Source: Nitrospinales bacterium (GTDB lineage: Bacteria; Nitrospinota; Nitrospinia; Nitrospinales; VA-1). From it: a DNA stretch of 64,000 nt. The stretch spans positions 1,568,001 to 1,632,000 of the forward strand of contig CBDCXL010000002.1 of assembly GCA_965223795.1 (NCBI GenBank), read 5' to 3'. The notes under the pieces were generated by a model. It searched no databases. It had not been told where the DNA came from and worked only from the letters and a program-made list of their open reading frames with translations. Shown piece by piece: positions 37,039 to 51,503 of the stretch; the first letter of the stretch is position 1; each line of letters starts with the position of its first letter. Position numbers and translations under genes: made by a program.

Positions 37039-38640
37039 TCAGCCGATACGGCGGATCCTGGGTCCGTCGGCGCCGCGGGAAATCAGGCCGAACAGCATTT
37101 CCAGCGCGTCGGGACCGTCGTCGTGACTGGCCTTGGGAAAGTATTTGAGTTGATCCAGCAGCAGCCGGTCCTGCCTCCTGAAGCGGATGACCCCGTTCTT
37201 GATATGGGGCTGCAGTCTGGAGATCCTCAGGGTTTTGTCACTGTGCGGGCGCACGCCCTCGACGGGAAGGTAGATACCCCGCCGGGCCGCTTCCTTGACG
37301 ATCTGGTCTTTGAACAGCTCTTGAAACTGCACGGCCTCCACGGCGATGCGGGTGAACGGGAAGCGCGTGTGATGATCGATCAAATCTTCCAGAATCTGAT
37401 CGGGGTGCCGTTTCCGGATGTCGGCTTCGAGCACGTCGATGTGCCCGTCGTCCCGCACCAGCGCGTAAACGATGGCGGAGGGATCGGAAGTTCTGGACGC
37501 GCCGCCCATCGAAGGATCGACGGCGCAGTAGACTGGCCCGCGCTCGTCCTGCTTGAGCGGCGCGGTGTCTTCCCAGTACTGGAACCAGGCTTCCTGAAAC
37601 AGGCAGTCCTCCGGGTTGATGGGCTCGTTCTGCTTTTCCGAGTCGAAAAACGCCGGCCCGTCGGAGACGCGCATTTTCATCAGGTAGTGATAATCCTCCA
37701 CTTGCGGCCACAGGACCCGGGTGCCGGCAAGCATTTCTTTTTCATGCGCAAAGAAAAAGGCGTCGGCGCGTTGTTCCGCATCGCCGCGCCCCGCAAGGGC
37801 AAACAGACTTTCCCAGGTCTGCCAAAGCGGTGAGGCGGAATGGGAAAGGATGGCCTGCCATTTTTTTCCTTTCCACCCCGGCTGCGTCAACAGCCTGGAA
37901 AGCAGGGAATCGTAATGCAGCAGAGTGCCGATGACGATGTAGACCGTCCCGGCGGCGCCGCTTTTCATGACGGCCTTGAAAAACCATTTGCGGTCCTTTT
38001 CTCTCTGTTCCGGGGAGTCGACCTGCTCGTCGTTTTCCAGATCGTCCAGGATCATCAGATCCGGGCGGCGGCTGCCGAACCGGGCGCCGCGCAGCCGTTT
38101 TCGTTTGCCCCAGCAGGTGACTTTCACTCCATTGCGGGTGATGATTTTTCCGACTTTCCACGTCGGCCCTTTTCCGCAAGCGGTCTTAAAATCCGCGTGC
38201 AGCCGTTCGTTCACTTCCAGTTCGGCCTTGATCGATTCCAGAAACTCTTCCGCCTGTTCGGTGGTGTCCGAGATCACACCGATGAATCGGCGATGCCCGT
38301 AAACGATGCACCAGAGCGGCAGGATCAGCGTGGTCACGGTGGATTTGGCGTGGCCGCGTGGGGCGGCGTGCGCCTCCTTGCCTCCTTTGCCGCTGGCTTG
38401 CGCCGTCAGGATCAGGCTCTGAAACCGGGAGTACAAAGCATCGTGCATGGGCGAAGATTTCGCCGTCAGGTGATGCGGGAAATAGGTCTCGGCAAAAAAC
38501 TTCAGTTCGTTTTGGGCACGGGCGATCCTTTCTTCCTTGTGTTTCTGCGAACCACGGCCGAAGGGGGTGACCGCCGCCCGGATGAGGTGGCGGATTTCAT
38601 GATATCCACGGTCCAGCCGGTTTCTTCTGGATGCATCCAT
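37039..38640 (-). CDS. phage terminase large subunit
   Basis: APRGHAKS Walker A, RPDLMILDDLE Walker B, VIGTLLH, nuclease AVDPS...SD and HDDGPDAL. Confidence 0.92.
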   Translation of the reverse strand: MDASRRNRLDRGYHEIRHLIRAAVTPFGRGSQKHKEERIARAQNELKFFAETYFPHHLTAKSSPMHDALYSRFQSLILTAQASGKGGKEAHAAPRGHAKSTVTTLILPLWCIVYGHRRFIGVISDTTEQAEEFLESIKAELEVNERLHADFKTACGKGPTWKVGKIITRNGVKVTCWGKRKRLRGARFGSRRPDLMILDDLENDEQVDSPEQREKDRKWFFKAVMKSGAAGTVYIVIGTLLHYDSLLSRLLTQPGWKGKKWQAILSHSASPLWQTWESLFALAGRGDAEQRADAFFFAHEKEMLAGTRVLWPQVEDYHYLMKMRVSDGPAFFDSEKQNEPINPEDCLFQEAWFQYWEDTAPLKQDERGPVYCAVDPSMGGASRTSDPSAIVYALVRDDGHIDVLEADIRKRHPDQILEDLIDHHTRFPFTRIAVEAVQFQELFKDQIVKEAARRGIYLPVEGVRPHSDKTLRISRLQPHIKNGVIRFRRQDRLLLDQLKYFPKASHDDGPDALEMLFGLISRGADGPRIRRIG

Positions 38641-38960
38641 TTCCGCCTGACTCGTTCTCCGATCTCATCCAGGCAGCTTCCCAGGTTTTCCGCCGCGGCC
38701 GTTTCCCCTTTTTCGATCAATGTCGAAACGGTGGTTTTTAAAAACTCGATCAACAACAATTCGGGGTCGAGCGCCCTGGACTGGATCATGGCTTTGTGGA
38801 TGTCGATGATCTTGCCGGCATAGGTGCAGTGCATGCGGTGCGCCTGCAGGTTTTCCGGAGACTGCCGGATGATTTTTATAAGAAGGTTTTTTCCTTCGGT
38901 CAGCTCGGCAAGCAAGGTCTCCTGCAGATCGTCATCTCCCGAAGGGTTTCGTTTTGCCAT
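38502..38960 (-). CDS. terminase small subunit-like / hypothetical helical protein
   Basis: Directly upstream of terL and overlapping it by 139 nt; called from synteny. Confidence 0.5.
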   Translation of the reverse strand: MAKRNPSGDDDLQETLLAELTEGKNLLIKIIRQSPENLQAHRMHCTYAGKIIDIHKAMIQSRALDPELLLIEFLKTTVSTLIEKGETAAAENLGSCLDEIGERVRRKWMHPEETGWTVDIMKSATSSGRRSPPSAVVRRNTRKKGSPVPKTN

Positions 38961-39060
38961 GTTGAGAAGGTCTGCCGTTATCCAGCTGCCCGTCATCCTG
39001 AGTGAGGCTTAGGGCGGGGTCTTTTTCAATCAGGTAAAAGCCGTCCCTGGGAACCCGCAG

Positions 39061-39345
39061 CTAGCGGGCATCCGCATCAGCACAGGGCCGCCCCAGAGGA
39101 ACGAACTCGAGCAACGCGCGGTACACGCGATAGTCCACGCTGCCGTCCTGATCGCGGTCGTAGCCGAAGACGATCTGCCGGGTGGGCAGTGTTTCAATCA
39201 ACACGATGTCCTCAAAGGGCGGCTCACCATCGAGAGCGACCGCATCGGAAACGCAAAAGACCGGGCTGCCTACCGTAAGCACCGGCGCGATCACGAGGGC
39301 CGCCTTAAAATTGCGTCGAATCCATTTCGAAAGTGAAAACATCAT
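39061..39345 (-). CDS. hypothetical exported protein
   Basis: Hydrophobic N-terminus and YDRDQDGSVDY Ca-loop-like motif; within the late operon. Confidence 0.55.
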   Translation of the reverse strand: MMFSLSKWIRRNFKAALVIAPVLTVGSPVFCVSDAVALDGEPPFEDIVLIETLPTRQIVFGYDRDQDGSVDYRVYRALLEFVPLGRPCADADAR

Positions 39346-39352
39346 GGCACGC

Positions 39353-39643
39353 TCAATCCCTGCATTCCTGCTGATTGATCCTGCGGATCACGCACCAGTG
39401 CTTGAAGTTGACGGACTCCAGCCGAATCACGTACGCGCGCAGGGCCTGGTAGTCGGCATTGTGCAAACAACGGTCGCCGTTGCCCGGACGTTTCCAGACG
39501 ATGTCCGGGAACCGGCCCGCCGCGTAGGTAGGAAAACCCGCGCCCGCATCAGGAGCGGTCGCGCAGCCAGGGTTCATCGACACGATCAGGATCCATGCCG
39601 TCGTCTTTATGGCCGCCCGCAAGCTGCTCAAGCATGCTTTCAT
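39353..39643 (-). CDS. o-spanin-like (Rz1-like) protein
   Basis: Overlaps the 3' end of the i-spanin-like gene in another frame; hydrophobic stretch plus GC (weak lipobox). Confidence 0.5.
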   Translation of the reverse strand: MKACLSSLRAAIKTTAWILIVSMNPGCATAPDAGAGFPTYAAGRFPDIVWKRPGNGDRCLHNADYQALRAYVIRLESVNFKHWCVIRRINQQECRD

Positions 39644-39821
39644 CTTCGATCCTCGATCGTTCGTTGAGTTCCCGGTACAGCGCTTCCTGTTTCAATTTGA
39701 CGTCGAGCTTTTCTTCGAGCCTGCCAGATTTTTTTGCCTGCATCCACACCCACCAACGCAGAAAGCCGCTCAATACGGCCAGGGCCGCACCGGCCCAAGC
39801 GAGGATGGTGAAGACGCTCAT
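39549..39821 (-). CDS. i-spanin-like (Rz-like) protein
   Basis: N-terminal TM plus charged coiled coil; follows the holin-like gene. Confidence 0.55.
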   Translation of the reverse strand: MSVFTILAWAGAALAVLSGFLRWWVWMQAKKSGRLEEKLDVKLKQEALYRELNERSRIEDESMLEQLAGGHKDDGMDPDRVDEPWLRDRS

Positions 39822-39878
39822 GTCCGCACTCCCGCAATGCCGGTCTTTTGCTTGCGATGTCTCATGTCCGTTCAGGCG

Positions 39879-40088
39879 TCATTCTGCGGAATGGTGGTTT
39901 TTGTCGCCGTTTTTTGCGTGTCCCCGGGACAAAATGTAGGTGATGGCGGTGCCGATGCCGGCAGCCAGAAATTCGTTGCCCTGCTCGGTGAATCCATACC
40001 CCAAAGCAGAGGCGATCAGCGCGGCCACCGTGAGCCAGAATTCCGTGGTTTTGTATCCACGGTTCTGCTTTTTTTCGATCAGAGACAT
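39879..40088 (-). CDS. holin-like two-TM protein
   Basis: 69 aa; GYKTTEFWLT, two TM segments, basic tail YILSRG..K; next to the endolysin. Confidence 0.7.
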   Translation of the reverse strand: MSLIEKKQNRGYKTTEFWLTVAALIASALGYGFTEQGNEFLAAGIGTAITYILSRGHAKNGDKNHHSAE

Positions 40089-40184
40089 GAGACTTTGGGT
40101 CCTTTCGCTTTGGATGCCTGTCTGGAATCTCCCCGCTTTTTTCGTTGCCGGGCTCCGGGCTGGATCCGATTAATTCTTTAATAT

Positions 40185-40568
40185 TTAAGTCGTTGTTGAA
40201 GGAAGGCCGGGATAAAGCCAGATCCGGCACGGGGGCTTGGCCGGGTCGGCATCCACATGGATGAAATCCGGGCCAATGCCGAGGCGTTCGAATCCCGCGG
40301 CGCACAAGGCGCGGATCAGAGAAAACCGTTCCTGGGAGGAAACGCAAGCGATGTCCACCGCCCAACCACCGAGATGCGAACTGGTCGACTTTCCTCCCAC
40401 ATTGTGGTTGTGCGGCGCGCAACGGCATCCGGATGTGACGCGGATGCGTCCGTGGTCCTTACGGGCTAATTCGAGACCCTCGAGCAAAATTTTTTCCACA
40501 TCGGCAAAGCCACAGCCGCAACGGCATGTGAATTCCGATCGGGAAAAATGTTCGGAGAGGTCTCCCAT
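40185..40568 (-). CDS. peptidase M15 family endolysin
   Basis: HFSRSEFTCRCG, TSGCRC..HN..VGG...SSH..G.AVDI and FIHVD motifs. Confidence 0.88.
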   Translation of the reverse strand: MGDLSEHFSRSEFTCRCGCGFADVEKILLEGLELARKDHGRIRVTSGCRCAPHNHNVGGKSTSSHLGGWAVDIACVSSQERFSLIRALCAAGFERLGIGPDFIHVDADPAKPPCRIWLYPGLPSTTT

Positions 40569-40584
40569 CGTTTTTATTCCACAC

Positions 40585-40625
40585 AAACCAAAAAGGAAGA
40601 GAGCCGCGCCGTGCGGCGACGGCTC
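40585..40625 (-). terminator. intrinsic terminator in the leader of the lysis/packaging operon
   Basis: Minus strand GAGCCGTCGCCGCACGGCGCGGCTC hairpin followed by TCTTCCTTTTTGGTTT, ending about 17 nt before the endolysin ATG. Confidence 0.6.
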
Positions 40626-41102
40626 CAGAGGTCGGGAGGGCGTTCCCCGATGCGCGCCAGGGAGGGATGGCGTCGTGATTTCCTTTTTTAAAAATAAACT
40701 CCGCTTCTACAACGCTTCTTATTTTTTCTTCGCGCCGTCCACTCGATTGCCGGTCCGGCTGCAACCATACCGGCCGGAAACCCGCGCGGGGACTGGGTTT
40801 TGCCCCTCTTACTAAATACGGAAACATCAAGGTATGAAGTCTGTAAACCGTTTTATCTAAACGAAGTCAGGGTTTCTTTTTTAAGGGAAGGTCGCTGAAA
40901 AAGCGCTTTCAGGGAGGAACTGCGGATGGGACATTTTGTTATTGAATTTTGCTTGAAAAAAAACTTTTGTTTCGTTTGGACTTATTGAAATATTAAATCC
41001 TTGCTTTCTTTTTGCGGTTGCTTTTGCAAAAACGGTTTTATATATTACCCGCTACTTTCCCTCCGGCCGGTATTTATCTTTAACTTTCTTAATTTCCAAA
41101 CT

Positions 41103-42467
41103 ATGAAATCCAAAGAAATCCTTTGGCAACGATGTTTGAAGGAAATCGAGGAACAGATACTGCCGGAGAACTACACCACCTGGTTTTCTCCCACCTATCC
41201 CTACACCATCGGTGAGGATTCCCTCACCATTGCCGTGCCCAATCAATTCTATAAGAAATGTCTTGAAGAAAATTATCAGGACTTGATCGAGACCACGCTG
41301 GAATCGATCCTTAAAAATAAAATGAGTGTGGATTTTCTCGTCAACAGCGACAGTTCAAACCCGGTTGAAACCAAAGAAGAACTTCAAGAATCAAAGACTT
41401 CTGAACCGTTGATCGCGGTTGACGAAAACCGGGACAGAAAAATCCGTTCTTCGCTGAATCCGAATTTTGTGTTTTCCAGTTTTGTGGTCGGCTCGAGCAA
41501 CCAGTTTGCGCATGCGGCCGCGCTCGCGGTGGCGAACCACCCGGCGCTCACGTACAATCCCCTGTTCATCTACGGGGCGGTGGGGCTTGGAAAAACCCAT
41601 CTGCTGCACGCCATTGGAAACACCATTCTGGAAAACGACTCGCAGGCGCGGGTGCGCTACATCTCCGCCGAAAATTTTACCGTCGACCTGATCGAATCCT
41701 TAAAGAAAGACGACATGCCTTCTTTCAGGAAACGGTACCGTCCCCTGGACGTGCTATTGGTCGACGACATCCAGTTCATCGCCGGCAAGGAACGCACTCA
41801 GGAAGAATTTTTCTACACCTTCAACGCCTTGTACGAATCGCACAAGCAGGTCGTCATCTCCAGTGACAAGTATCCCAAGGACATTCACAATATGGAGGAG
41901 CGGCTGCGATCCCGGTTTGAATCCGGACTGGTCGCGGACATCAATCATCCGGACCTGGAAACGAAGGTGGCGATCCTATATAAAAAAGCCGATTTTCATA
42001 AAAAGCCGATTCCACAGGATGTGGCGATCTTCATCGCCAGCAACATCAAATCCAATATTCGTGAACTGGAAGGGCTGCTGCTCCGGATCATCGCCTACTC
42101 CACCTTCACGCACAGTGAAATCGATCTGGACCTCGCCAAAGAGGTGCTCAAGGAATTCACCTACAACAAAACGAAAAACTTCACCATCCCCACCATCATC
42201 AAAACCGTCTCCACCCACTTCAACGTGAAGGTCCCGGATCTCAAATCGAGAAAGCGTTCCCGGGACATTTCCGTGCCCCGCCAAATCGCCATGTATTTAT
42301 GCAGGGAATACACGAAGGCTTCGCTGCCTGAAATCGGGAAGCATTTTGGTGGAAAAGACCACACCACGGTGCTTTTTTCGCATAAAAAGATCACGAAAAT
42401 GGTCAGTGAAAACAATGACATGACCAAAGCTGTCCAGGAAGTGATCCAGAAAATCGAAAGTGAATAA
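41103..42467 (+). CDS. dnaA: chromosomal replication initiator
   Basis: YNPLFIYGAVGLGKTHL, DDIQF, RELEG and GGKDHTTV motifs. Confidence 0.98.
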   Translation: MKSKEILWQRCLKEIEEQILPENYTTWFSPTYPYTIGEDSLTIAVPNQFYKKCLEENYQDLIETTLESILKNKMSVDFLVNSDSSNPVETKEELQESKTSEPLIAVDENRDRKIRSSLNPNFVFSSFVVGSSNQFAHAAALAVANHPALTYNPLFIYGAVGLGKTHLLHAIGNTILENDSQARVRYISAENFTVDLIESLKKDDMPSFRKRYRPLDVLLVDDIQFIAGKERTQEEFFYTFNALYESHKQVVISSDKYPKDIHNMEERLRSRFESGLVADINHPDLETKVAILYKKADFHKKPIPQDVAIFIASNIKSNIRELEGLLLRIIAYSTFTHSEIDLDLAKEVLKEFTYNKTKNFTIPTIIKTVSTHFNVKVPDLKSRKRSRDISVPRQIAMYLCREYTKASLPEIGKHFGGKDHTTVLFSHKKITKMVSENNDMTKAVQEVIQKIESE

Positions 42468-45300
<2,833 letters not shown>

Positions 45301-45385
45301 GTCTTTTTTTCATATGCGTGCGGATTGGCATGCGTTCGCTGCCAGCGAATAAAAGAATTTAATAAACCGTAACAGGAAAACATCG

Positions 45386-47803
45386 ATGCCGGAAATCGTC
45401 GAGCCGATCAATATAGACGACGAGATGCAGAGCGCGTATCTCGATTACGCGATGAGCGTCATCATCGGACGCGCGCTGCCGGATGTGCGGGACGGGCTCA
45501 AACCGGTGCACCGGCGGGTTCTGTTCGCGATGCACGAGACGGGGAATTTTTTCAACCGTCCCTATAAAAAATCCGCACGCATCGTCGGGGATGTGCTCGG
45601 TAAATACCATCCTCATGGAGAATCCGCGGTGTACGACACGATCGTGCGCCTGGCTCAGGATTTCTCACAGCGCTACACGATCGTCGACGGTCAGGGAAAT
45701 TTCGGATCGATCGACGGCGATTCGGCGGCGGCCATGCGTTACACGGAAATCCGCATGGCGGAGATCACGCAGGAGCTGCTGCGGGATCTGGAAAAAGACA
45801 CGGTCCGTTTCGACGCCAACTACGACGATTCGCTGCAGGAGCCGGTGGTGCTGCCTGCAAGCTTTCCGCAGCTTCTGGTCAACGGGGCCTCGGGAATCGC
45901 CGTCGGCATGGCGACCAATGTGCCGCCGCACAATCTGGGAGAGATCGTCGATGCCGTCATCCAGGTGATCGACAATCCGGACGTCTCCATCGACGAGTTG
46001 CTCACCATCGTTCCGGGACCGGATTTTCCCACGCGCGGCCTCATCTACGGCACCTCCGGCATCCGCTCGGCTTATCGCACGGGAAGGGGGATCATCAAGA
46101 TCCGCGCGCGCGTGGAAGTGGAGGAGATGGAAAAGCAGGACCGCGAGCGCATCGTGATCCAGGAGCTTCCCTATCAGGTCAACAAGGCGCGTCTGGTCGA
46201 AAAAATCGCCGAACTTGTGCGCGAGAAAAAACTGGAAGGGATCTCGGATCTTCGCGATGAATCCGACCGCGACGGCATCCGGGTGGTGCTGGAGCTCAAG
46301 CGCGGCACCGTCGCTCAGGTGGTGCTGAACACGCTGTATAAAAACACCCAGCTGCAGGAGACGTTCGGTGTGATCATGCTGGCCCTGGTCAACCAGCAGC
46401 CGAAGGTGCTCAATCTCAAGGAACTGCTCAAGCACTTCATTTCCTTTCGCAAGGAGGTGGTGACCCGGCGGACCCAGTTTGACCTCAAGAAAGCCCGGGA
46501 AAGAGAGCACATTCTTGAGGGTTTGAAGATCGCCATCGACAATATGGACGAAGTGGTTCGGCTGATCCGGGAATCGGAAAACCCGGCGGTGGCGAAGGAC
46601 GAATTGATGGCGCGGTTCGGCCTGTCGGAGATTCAGTCCAAGGCAATCCTGGAAATGCGCCTGCAACGGCTGACCGGCCTGGAACGGCAGAAGATCGTCG
46701 ATGACCTTGCTGCGGTGGTGAAGGAGATCGCGGAGCTGGAAAACATCCTGGCGCACGAAGAGGTCAAACTGGATATCATCCGCAAGGAACTTACCGACAT
46801 CAAAGAAAAATACGGCGATGAGCGGCGCACCGAGATCGTGGACTCGGAAGACCATTCGATCGACATCGAGGACATGATCGCCGATGAGGACACCGTGGTC
46901 GTGTATTCCCGCGGCGGGTACATCAAGCGGCAGAGTCTGGACAATTACCGCTCTCAGCGGCGCGGCGGAAAGGGCATCAAGGGCATGGACCTGCGGGAAG
47001 AAGATGTGGTTGAAAAACTGTTCATCGCCTCCACGCTGAGTTCGCTTCTGGTGTTCACCAGCACGGGGAAAGTGCACTGGCTCAAGGTGTACCAGATCCC
47101 CGAGGTCAGCCGGGTTTCGAAAGGAAAGTCGGTCGCCAACCTTCTACACCTGCAGGGTGGGGAGAAGATCACCGGCATCCTTTCGGTGCGGGAATTCAAG
47201 GAAGATAAATTCGTCATGGTCGTCACGGAAAACGGCGTCGTGAAAAAGACCTCGCTCATGGCTTACAGCAAGCCGCGCCAGGGGGGCATCATCGGCCTGA
47301 CGCTGGACGACGGCGACCGCGTGATCGGCGTCGAGTTGTGCGAGGAAAATCAGGAACTGCTGCTGGCGACGCACCAGGGGTTTTCCATCCGCTTCAATCA
47401 GGATGACGTGCGGCCGATCGGCCGTACCGGGCGCGGCGTGCGCGGCATCCGTCTGAAAGATGGAGACCGGGTGGTGGGCGCGGAAATCGTCGAGCCCGGC
47501 AACATGCTGCTCACAGTGACCGAAAACGGATACGGCAAGCGCACGCGTCTGGAAGAGTATCCTCTGCAAAACCGGGGCGGGTACGGCGTCGTGACCATCC
47601 GCTGCAATGAAAAAATCGGTCCGGTGACCGGCATCCAGCAGGTGACGGATAATGAAGAGCTATTGATCATCACCTCCGATGGAAACATCGTGCGTATGAA
47701 GGTGAACGAAATATCGGTGATCGGCAGAAACACTCAGGGCGTCCGCCTGGTGGGCGTCGGACAGGACAACCGGGTGGTCAGCGTCGAGAAACTGGTTGAG
47801 TGA
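45386..47803 (+). CDS. gyrA: DNA gyrase subunit A
   Basis: [14 protein letters not shown] and GyrA-box QRRGGKG. Confidence 0.98.
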   Translation: MPEIVEPINIDDEMQSAYLDYAMSVIIGRALPDVRDGLKPVHRRVLFAMHETGNFFNRPYKKSARIVGDVLGKYHPHGESAVYDTIVRLAQDFSQRYTIVDGQGNFGSIDGDSAAAMRYTEIRMAEITQELLRDLEKDTVRFDANYDDSLQEPVVLPASFPQLLVNGASGIAVGMATNVPPHNLGEIVDAVIQVIDNPDVSIDELLTIVPGPDFPTRGLIYGTSGIRSAYRTGRGIIKIRARVEVEEMEKQDRERIVIQELPYQVNKARLVEKIAELVREKKLEGISDLRDESDRDGIRVVLELKRGTVAQVVLNTLYKNTQLQETFGVIMLALVNQQPKVLNLKELLKHFISFRKEVVTRRTQFDLKKAREREHILEGLKIAIDNMDEVVRLIRESENPAVAKDELMARFGLSEIQSKAILEMRLQRLTGLERQKIVDDLAAVVKEIAELENILAHEEVKLDIIRKELTDIKEKYGDERRTEIVDSEDHSIDIEDMIADEDTVVVYSRGGYIKRQSLDNYRSQRRGGKGIKGMDLREEDVVEKLFIASTLSSLLVFTSTGKVHWLKVYQIPEVSRVSKGKSVANLLHLQGGEKITGILSVREFKEDKFVMVVTENGVVKKTSLMAYSKPRQGGIIGLTLDDGDRVIGVELCEENQELLLATHQGFSIRFNQDDVRPIGRTGRGVRGIRLKDGDRVVGAEIVEPGNMLLTVTENGYGKRTRLEEYPLQNRGGYGVVTIRCNEKIGPVTGIQQVTDNEELLIITSDGNIVRMKVNEISVIGRNTQGVRLVGVGQDNRVVSVEKLVE

Positions 47804-47942
47804 TCCGAATCGATTGATGAACAGGCTGGGCGGGAAACACAAAGAAGAGCTGCCTGAACGGCCCGCCGCCCCCTGCTTACCGGCGCAGATCTTAGCACGG
47901 TCGGTTCCCATTCCCCGCTGTTCTCCCTTCTTTTTTTCATCT

Positions 47943-48736
47943 GTGATTCACGCCATTGTTTGTCTGTGCATTTTTCTGCTCGTTATTGGATGCGGCGGGG
48001 AAGGGGTCGATCCCTTGATCCAGAAAGCCAACGACGCCTGGGTCAAAGGGGCCAATCACCGGGCTGTGGAACTGTTCAAGGCGGTGTTGAAAAAAAATCC
48101 TTCCGGTCCTTCGGCGGAAGAGGCGCTGTTCCGTCTCGGGGAAATCCATCATTTCAGCCTGGGCAACAGCGCGCAGGCGATCCTGTATTTTCAGGAAGTG
48201 CTGCAGCTCAACCGGCGCGGCGCGTTCAGCCCGGATGCGCAGAAGTACATTGCGGAGATCGTGGAGTTCACGTTCAAGGATTTCGAGCAGGCCATCATCG
48301 AATACCAGAATCTGATCAACATGGCGCAAAGCACGGAAGAACGCAGCACGTATCAGTACCGGATCGCCTCCATTTATTTTAAAATGCAGAATTTCGATCA
48401 GGCGCTTGCGGAATGGGAAGTGCTTTTGAGCGAGTATCCCGGTTCCAAGTGGGCGGAGGAGTCCGAGTTCAAGGTGGTGGAAATCCTCTACACCCTGCAG
48501 CGCTGCGGCGAAGCGCGGAGCTTTTACGATCATTTCATGGAGACGTTTCCGGAGAGCAAATTCAAGAATGAGATGGAATTCGTGATGGCAAGCTGTCTGG
48601 AAGAGGAAGGCAAGCTCAACGAAGCGCTGAAGAAATTCAAGAATCTGGAAGAACATTATATTTATCCTGCGATTTTGAAGACCAAAATGGAGGGCCTCGA
48701 AAAAAGGATAAAGAAGAAGAAATCCCGGAGGAAGTG

Positions 48737-48737
<1 letters not shown>
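47943..48737 (+). CDS. TPR lipoprotein (BamD/CpoB-like)
   Basis: Lipobox LVIGC and repeated TPR pairs ending YPGS/FPES. Start uncertain. Confidence 0.75.
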
Positions 48738-50011
<1,274 letters not shown>

Positions 50012-50135
50012 CAGGTGCACCGGTGCGGCCCGGCGGCTTGGGCCCTGCTCTGCCCCCGCAAGCCTCCTCGAAATTCGCCTCGAACAGCGCGCTTGACATT
50101 TATAATGAAGTGGATAACTATTAGACTACGCTTCA

Positions 50136-50221
50136 GGAGGGATGGCCGAGTGGTTTAAGGCGGCGGTCTTGAAAACCGTTGAACGAAAGTTCCGTGGGTT
50201 CGAATCCTACTCCCTCCGCCA
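50136..50221 (+). tRNA. tRNA-Ser(TGA)
   Basis: Cloverleaf with long variable arm, loop CT-TGA-AA, encoded CCA. Confidence 0.95.
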
Positions 50222-50379
50222 GCGTGCCGCTGGACCAGACATCGACGTGCGATGGGCTTACGGGCAGCGTACGCGGATCGTTGGCGGAGATTTTCCAAGT
50301 ATCTGGATTTTGCAAATTCTTCCCCATGAACGATTTTCGAGACTATCGTAAATCGCTCATCGGTAAGGATTTACAGTCC

Positions 50380-50473
<94 letters not shown>

Positions 50474-50528
50474 AAATTCCCCCTGAATGCAGGGTCCTTG
50501 GAGAATTTTTTTTAGAGATCGCAGCGTC

Positions 50529-51146
50529 ATGACACAACAAGCCAAAAAGAATCGCGGATTTTCCCGGATGGCTGCCGTGTTCGCCCTGTTTTTGCTTTTT
50601 TCCGGCTGCAGCGGGAGCAATGCGGAAGCGCCTGTGGAAGCAAAACAGGAAAGCGGATCGGCCGCTCAGATTGAAGGGTCGAAGTCCAAGCCACTGGGAG
50701 ACGGTCCCCGGTTCAGCGAGGGATCCGGCAGCCAGGAGGAAGTGTCGCATCCGCAATTGACCGAGGGAGAAAAAGTCCACCGGCTGGTTGTGATCCCCAA
50801 GGTGGTTCAGGGAAAATGGAAAGCGGTCAAGATCCTCGTCAAGGACAAGGCGGACGAGGAAAACACGGCGATGAAAACGGTCGAGCTGGGATCGCATTTT
50901 CTTCTGGGAGACTCGGGGCTCAAAGTTTCGGTGGGGCCGTTTTTCCCGAATTTCGTCATGGGCAAGGACACCTACACCTCCATGAACAACAAGCCGATCA
51001 ATCCCGCGGTGCAGCTGATCGTTGAAGATCAGGGCAAAATCGTATACAAGGGATGGGCCTTTTCCCGGCATCCGACGCTTTACGCTTTCGAACACGAAAG
51101 GTATGCGCTGGAGCTTAAGGATTTCATCGCGAGCGAAGTGTCCTGA
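50529..51146 (+). CDS. lipoprotein (DUF2155-like)
   Basis: Lipobox FSGC; NPAVQLIV...YKGWAF..HP..F.H motif. Confidence 0.7.
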   Translation: MTQQAKKNRGFSRMAAVFALFLLFSGCSGSNAEAPVEAKQESGSAAQIEGSKSKPLGDGPRFSEGSGSQEEVSHPQLTEGEKVHRLVVIPKVVQGKWKAVKILVKDKADEENTAMKTVELGSHFLLGDSGLKVSVGPFFPNFVMGKDTYTSMNNKPINPAVQLIVEDQGKIVYKGWAFSRHPTLYAFEHERYALELKDFIASEVS

Positions 51147-51214
51147 CCCCGTAGGGGATCAGCGCCACCCGGATCGCAGCGAAGTCCGGGAACGACAGGA
51201 ATTTTTAATAGCAG

Positions 51215-51288
51215 GCGCCCATAGCTCAGCTGGATAGAGCGACGGTTTGCGGAACCGTAGGTCGGAGGTTCGAGTCCTCTTGGGCGTA
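51215..51288 (+). tRNA. tRNA-Arg(GCG)
   Basis: Stem ACGGT/ACCGT with loop TT-GCG-GA; T-loop GGTTCGAGTCC; no encoded CCA. Confidence 0.9.
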
Positions 51289-51339
51289 TTTTTTTCATCC
51301 GGCATCCTGTAAATCAGGAGCGCCGGGAGTGCGGTAAAT

Positions 51340-51431
51340 GGAGAGGTGGCCGAGTGGTCGAAGGCGGTTGACTCGAAATCAATTGTCCCCTTTCTGGGGG
51401 ACCGGGGGTTCGAATCCCTCCCTCTCCGCCA
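51340..51431 (+). tRNA. tRNA-Ser(CGA)
   Basis: Loop CT-CGA-AA, long variable arm, encoded CCA. Confidence 0.95.
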
Positions 51432-51503
51432 GCGTCACGCTGACGCACGTTTCCCTGCGATGGAACAGCGAATGAGGCAGCGGAACCCCCGCCGCTCTTG
51501 CGA

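Larger units (their letters stand above)
32413..40830. mobile_element. defective or domesticated prophage-derived cassette (no integrase, capsid or tail tube seen)
   Basis: CI-like repressor, terminase, portal fragment and endolysin/holin/spanin-like genes are clustered. Boundaries are approximate and no att repeats were seen. Confidence 0.8.

Noticed and set aside
40740..40812. c-di-GMP-I riboswitch in the lysis operon leader (GGCAAAAC on the minus strand)
   Set aside because: It lacks the GNRA-capped P2 and the GACGCAAAG-type junction.
32413..40830. Intact inducible prophage or complete GTA
   Set aside because: No integrase, att repeats, major capsid, protease or tail tube genes were seen, and the portal is truncated.
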